Source of the DNA: a bacterium
GTDB lineage: Bacteria > Electryoneota > Electryoneia > Electryoneales > Electryoneaceae
DNA: 64,000 nt
Direction of reading: 5' to 3'
Assembly: GCA_963669175.1 (NCBI GenBank)
Contig: OY769902.1
Location: 1,312,001-1,376,000, forward strand
Position 1 is the stretch's first letter. Every line of letters starts with the position of its first letter. The translations under genes were made by a program, and so were the position numbers. This document shows positions 60,901 to 64,000 of the stretch, piece after piece. Below the pieces are notes generated by a model, which did no database searches, was not told where the DNA came from, and worked only from the letters and a program-made list of their open reading frames with translations.

Positions 60901-61109
60901 ACGAGATAGGGGGAGCCGTCCGTGTCCCACACACCGGAGACTTCGCCGGAGACAAACGTCTCCGCGAGCACGGGGGTGGTCAGCAACAGCAGGTACAAGA
61001 TCAGGCAGGCTATGCGCGGGAAAAACGTCACTCTGATCTGGGGCAAAGTTACGGAATGCGCGTGTTCAGTCGGGAAACTCCGAGCATTCCCCGGTTTCAT
61101 TTGTTTCAT
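57972..61109 (-). CDS. Secreted protein with two right-handed beta-helix modules and T9SS CTD
   Basis: Duplicated 'SG.ISG.....SPY....I.V.EGD.L.IEPG' modules; 'SPCIDAGDP'; C-terminal 'YPNPFNS...SGVYFV...LLIK'. Confidence 0.87.
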   Translation of the reverse strand: MKQMKPGNARSFPTEHAHSVTLPQIRVTFFPRIACLILYLLLLTTPVLAETFVSGEVSGVWDTDGSPYLVTDTLIVPEGDTLLIEPGVTVEFQDQDSTNQYAIIVLGALFAQGEQGDSIYFASEDYPFAGFSSPNTESIRRLKLEYCVVEEASLPVDLWYCETTITNSRIECATTMAYRTWFGVDTLSHNEFDAVPPATSHTITINSEGPVLIIDNSTPNANLHVDTDYYEAYIENNTLGLVELYRSNAYVINNTMLNVDFYWGEYVISGNTIQGAGQDQGLYATECNVTIINNVLEAIEICEVSGTLQNNIIVSPLACAVDLSYSHVEMSGNVIYGQQDGVQCCSNTDMTFFNNTVRFRRYGVEVSDADTTTFRNNIFLGDNVNATGIQCRVGAVPVSVQYNCFGDITAAVFGFELDETNLVTDPYLAGGIPFDYSLQASSPCIDAGDPDSPDDPDDTRADIGCFYYNQTIDNPPVQTIPEEVFAQTGQPLRIQITATDDSGPFDFTFPDLPEWLTEEDELDWVSDTTAVSGIVPEDAEDFSFSVIVEDGEGQTDSSIVSVDVDQRTLLSGEISGILYVEDSPFYVVEDIIVSEGDSLVIEPGCELQFRYVEDPEQRIGLDVYGRLIAEGTVQDGIRFVTADSITMVGGFRGIYFYSHTDTSHFRYVVAEYPTYAANLDSTHLVIRHSRLTDNYESIHMIRHSTVDIDSSEFIQIQGGTFTFLYCYSGRFSLHNSYLNGAGVNGYAAELSIKGNLFVDMAAIHLGGGHAEIINNRFYNPGTGVNFDHMLTGHISNNLFFGNNSQRSIGLISLHNYYDLLISNNIFYGEGSGLVVWQYHDGDLLPDIINNAFYGNSISVRTEDVGVLLDNFHYNCFFNNDSIAPDVELDSTNLFVDPLFADTTDFFLYDLSPLINAGCPDTAYFDLDSTRNDIGLWGGPFGMSYTYPLSVYQEHLDIPERFILDSVYPNPFNSRQTVVFALPCQTTVQLALFNILGQPVFTIDWPQLQAGVHLKSYDTSGLASGVYFVQLKTRKEVRTTRVLLIK

Positions 61110-61192
61110 AACCTCTCCTGCTCATGACATACTGAAACGTAAGCACAGATTATTTCTGAAGCAAATCGACTGTATTCTTCGAAAAAAAGAAT

Positions 61193-61584
61193 TAGCCCGA
61201 ATATTTCACGAGTACAACATTGTGAATCGTTCTATTCCAACAATGTCAATGTATTAGGGTGAATTTTTGCTATTCTATCAAGAGACAGTTTGTACCGGCG
61301 ATCATTTTGCTATTTTTTACTCAACTTTCACTAGCCATTCATCCCCACGAAGGTGGGGGGCCAGGCAAGTAGCTATAAGACATGAAGTTACACACTAATA
61401 CGAATTCTAGTATACCGCGTTCCTCGATAGAGTCTAGCGTGTCAGAATACCAAACATGACTGGATTTACGGCTGTCCCAAACAGACGGGACACCGCAAGC
61501 TTCGGTTCCCATCCCCGACCACTGCTTTCGGGGACAGGCTCTTCGTGGGAATGAATACCACGTACTCATGAAATATCCGGGCTA
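61193..61584. mobile_element. MITE-like element family 2 (392 bp, 22-bp terminal inverted repeats)
   Basis: Ends are TAGCCCGAATATTTCACGAGTA and TACTCATGAAATATCCGGGCTA. Internal inverted TCATYCCCACGAAG REP-like units; partial copies at 39981 and 30835. Confidence 0.85.
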
Positions 61585-61891
61585 ATATACCCTGTCTCTT
61601 ACCCACATCCTCTGAAAGCTTTATCAGCAAAAGGATTGTGGACATCGCATTTTTAGAATCCCGGCGGGATTCCCTATTTTAGCATAGTGTACAGGCCGTC
61701 TGTTTGGCCTGTACACTATGTCAGGATTTCTAACGAACAATCAACCCTGGAAGGGTTGCATAATGAGCAGTCAATATTAGTTTATTCAATTATTACAGGT
61801 AATAACGTAATTTATATCCTTTATAAATCAATTGGGTATCAATTATACTTTATGCAACCCTTTCAGGGTTGATATGAGGTTTGATCTTTTT

Positions 61892-61929
61892 CGTAGGGTA
61901 GGCGCTAAACAGACAGCGCCTACCCTACG
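61892..61929. repeat. GTAG-type REP hairpin
   Basis: CGTAGGGTAGGCGCT-AAACAGAC-AGCGCCTACCCTACG perfect 15-bp stem. Confidence 0.7.
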
Positions 61930-62117
61930 CTAAAATATCCCACCCCCACGGGGTGGCAGAAACACGAAGATGTGAGTAAGAGACAGCTAATATACCAGGT
62001 GGTCAATTCCTATTTTCTAAATGCTCATCCTGTCCATCCTGCGAATCACTCAGAAAAGCGGGTGACCACATGGAAGCGATCACCCGCTGAAACTTCTATC
62101 AACAAGGAACTTAAAGC

Positions 62118-63767
62118 TTATTTCAACAGCGTCACCCGCCGTGTATCCTGTCTGCCCTGGCTTTGAATGCTGACCAGGTAGGTCCCGGAAGCGAGGTTTT
62201 CGGCGTTCCAGGTAAGCTCGTACTGTCCTGCCGGTTTTACGCCCGAAGTCAACCTTGTCACTTCACGTCCGAGCAGGTCATACAGGCTGATCGTGATCGG
62301 AGCGCCCTGGTTCAGCTCATAACGTATCCGCAGGGTCGAGTTGAAAGGATTCGGCCACGCATCCACCAGCCTGAAATCGGTTGGATGTGACAGGGCAGGC
62401 TGTTCATCGACACCAGTATCCTCCCCATAACGGATCAGCGTAAACACCGCAGTCGTATCCGCTTCACGGATGTACGTATAGCCACTGACATAGACCACGC
62501 CATCATTATCGATAGCGATATCATTGATCCAGTCTGTCTCATAGCCGCCGTCGAACAGGGCGGTATCCAGACCGGAGCCGTCACTGCCGTACATCAGGGT
62601 AACCGTCTGGAAACCGTCTGTCCAGGAACCAATAGCGCCTGTGACATACACGTTCTCATCGTTGTCAACCACCAATCCGCGAGGTTCATCCTGGTCATCT
62701 TCAAAGACACCGTCATACTCTTCCGCCCAGAGCAGGTTGCCGGACGCATCATATTTTACGATCACCCAGTCATTATCATAGGTTTCCTGATCCTGCGCCT
62801 TGCCGAGCGTGTAGATATTCCCGGACGTATCAACTGTAACACTGATCGCAGTGTACACATCCTCGTTGTCGCCTTCCGGATAGGTGGCTTCCCAGACCTC
62901 ATCACCATCGCTATCGTACAAGGAAGTAATCAGTCTCTGGTCCGGGTATTCACCACCTCGTCCCAGCAGGACAACATTCCCATCCTGGTGTAATGCGGAA
63001 GTAATCAGCAGGTTTCCGTCCGCCCACCAACTACTCAACATGATAAATTCGCCATCCAGGTCATACATCAGCAGGGAATAGTTGGTCGACTGGTCATCGT
63101 TGACCATGTTTCCAGTCACATAGACAGCAGAGTTGTTGTAAACATGTATCGCAGCAGGACTGTACACATAGTGCGACGGCATGCTATCATAAGTGACATC
63201 CCATTGCTGAGTACCATCCGGGCTGTATTTCACCACGGCGAGACGACGTATATTGTCCGCGTCCATGATGGTACCGCCGACGTAGATATTACCATCATCA
63301 TCTGTGGCAACTACACCTGGACGATCGCTCCCGGCATTGGGGCCATAAAACTCCCCGACCCATTGCTGGTTGCCATCCGGATCAAATTTGACTGTTACCC
63401 AGTTCTGGTTGTAGGGGTAGGCCAGGGACGAGTCACTGCGTCCAATCATGATGATGTTACCAGCCCCATCAATGGCCAGTCCGGTGCAGTAATTACTGCG
63501 GTCAGCATGATTATAGGAAGCATGCCACAGCTCGTTCCCTTCCGGGTCAAACTTGGCTACCGTATAGTATTCATGGGTAACAGCAGGTGAGGTGAATCCT
63601 GCAATCACAGGATTTCCGGAGGGGTCTATTTCCATCACCTCCGCGATTTCAGCGGAATCTTCCGTGGCAAAATACCTGACCCAGGCCTCTGTCAGATCAT
63701 CAAGCTCGCCCGCAGCAACGATGCCGGTCAGTAACAACAACAACAAACAACTTCGCACCAGTTTCAT
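62118..63767 (-). CDS. Secreted SBBP/beta-propeller repeat protein with T9SS CTD
   Basis: Signal peptide; repeats 'AVD..GN.YVTG...VKYD..G...W'; CTD 'WPNPFNS...SGTYLV...TLLK'. Confidence 0.88.
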   Translation of the reverse strand: MKLVRSCLLLLLLTGIVAAGELDDLTEAWVRYFATEDSAEIAEVMEIDPSGNPVIAGFTSPAVTHEYYTVAKFDPEGNELWHASYNHADRSNYCTGLAIDGAGNIIMIGRSDSSLAYPYNQNWVTVKFDPDGNQQWVGEFYGPNAGSDRPGVVATDDDGNIYVGGTIMDADNIRRLAVVKYSPDGTQQWDVTYDSMPSHYVYSPAAIHVYNNSAVYVTGNMVNDDQSTNYSLLMYDLDGEFIMLSSWWADGNLLITSALHQDGNVVLLGRGGEYPDQRLITSLYDSDGDEVWEATYPEGDNEDVYTAISVTVDTSGNIYTLGKAQDQETYDNDWVIVKYDASGNLLWAEEYDGVFEDDQDEPRGLVVDNDENVYVTGAIGSWTDGFQTVTLMYGSDGSGLDTALFDGGYETDWINDIAIDNDGVVYVSGYTYIREADTTAVFTLIRYGEDTGVDEQPALSHPTDFRLVDAWPNPFNSTLRIRYELNQGAPITISLYDLLGREVTRLTSGVKPAGQYELTWNAENLASGTYLVSIQSQGRQDTRRVTLLK

Positions 63768-63949
63768 GGCTAACCCCCAAGCTGTAAAACGGTTTTCTGG
63801 AACCTGTCTCTTCTCCGTTAGAAATAATACAACAACTTATATTATGGATGAAGTGATGAAAAACAACTTCTCGTGAATATAGGGCATGCTGGATTCGTTA
63901 GCCTAAAGAGATGAATTGATGCCCGGAAAACGGGCGCATGGCACAAAAC

Positions 63950-63980
63950 AAAAACCACCGGACCAATGGGTCCGGTGGTC
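63950..63980 (-). terminator. Intrinsic terminator of a gene outside the window
   Basis: ACCACCGGACC-AATG-GGTCCGGTGGT hairpin with a T run on the minus strand. Confidence 0.65.
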
Positions 63981-64000
63981 GGCATCCAGCACACAACCTT

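Overview
64 kb of bacterial chromosome. Six 'NPFN...YF...L.K' C-terminal sorting domains (T9SS/Por-type CTD) together with ordinary Shine-Dalgarno sites point to a non-Bacteroidota FCB-superphylum lineage (Calditrichota/Electryoneota/Zixibacteria-like; this is inference). Housekeeping genes (lysS, alr, nadB, M24 peptidase, rtcB-archease) are mixed with two sigma54 activators, three sensor kinases plus a DHp-only protein, GT-C and GT4 glycosyltransferases, a DnaB paralogue beside a small AT-rich island, and several large secreted CTD proteins. Intergenic DNA is crowded with at least six families of palindromic REP/MITE-like repeats, yet no transposase lies in the window. I found no CRISPR array, rRNA, complete tRNA or reverse transcriptase. 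Best leads: (1) a recurrent E-L-D(E/D/W) motif at domain junctions of secreted proteins, possibly an Asp-specific maturation signal; (2) tandem orphan CTD cassettes with patchwork synonymous divergence beside a REP-truncated gene and compositionally mosaic cargo genes, suggesting modular shuffling of secreted proteins; (3) a four-motif 2x2 repeat element with conserved spacing; (4) a probable group II intron 5' fragment; (5) an NtrC-type activator with a natural D54E substitution. All assignments were made by eye from motifs; no searches were run.
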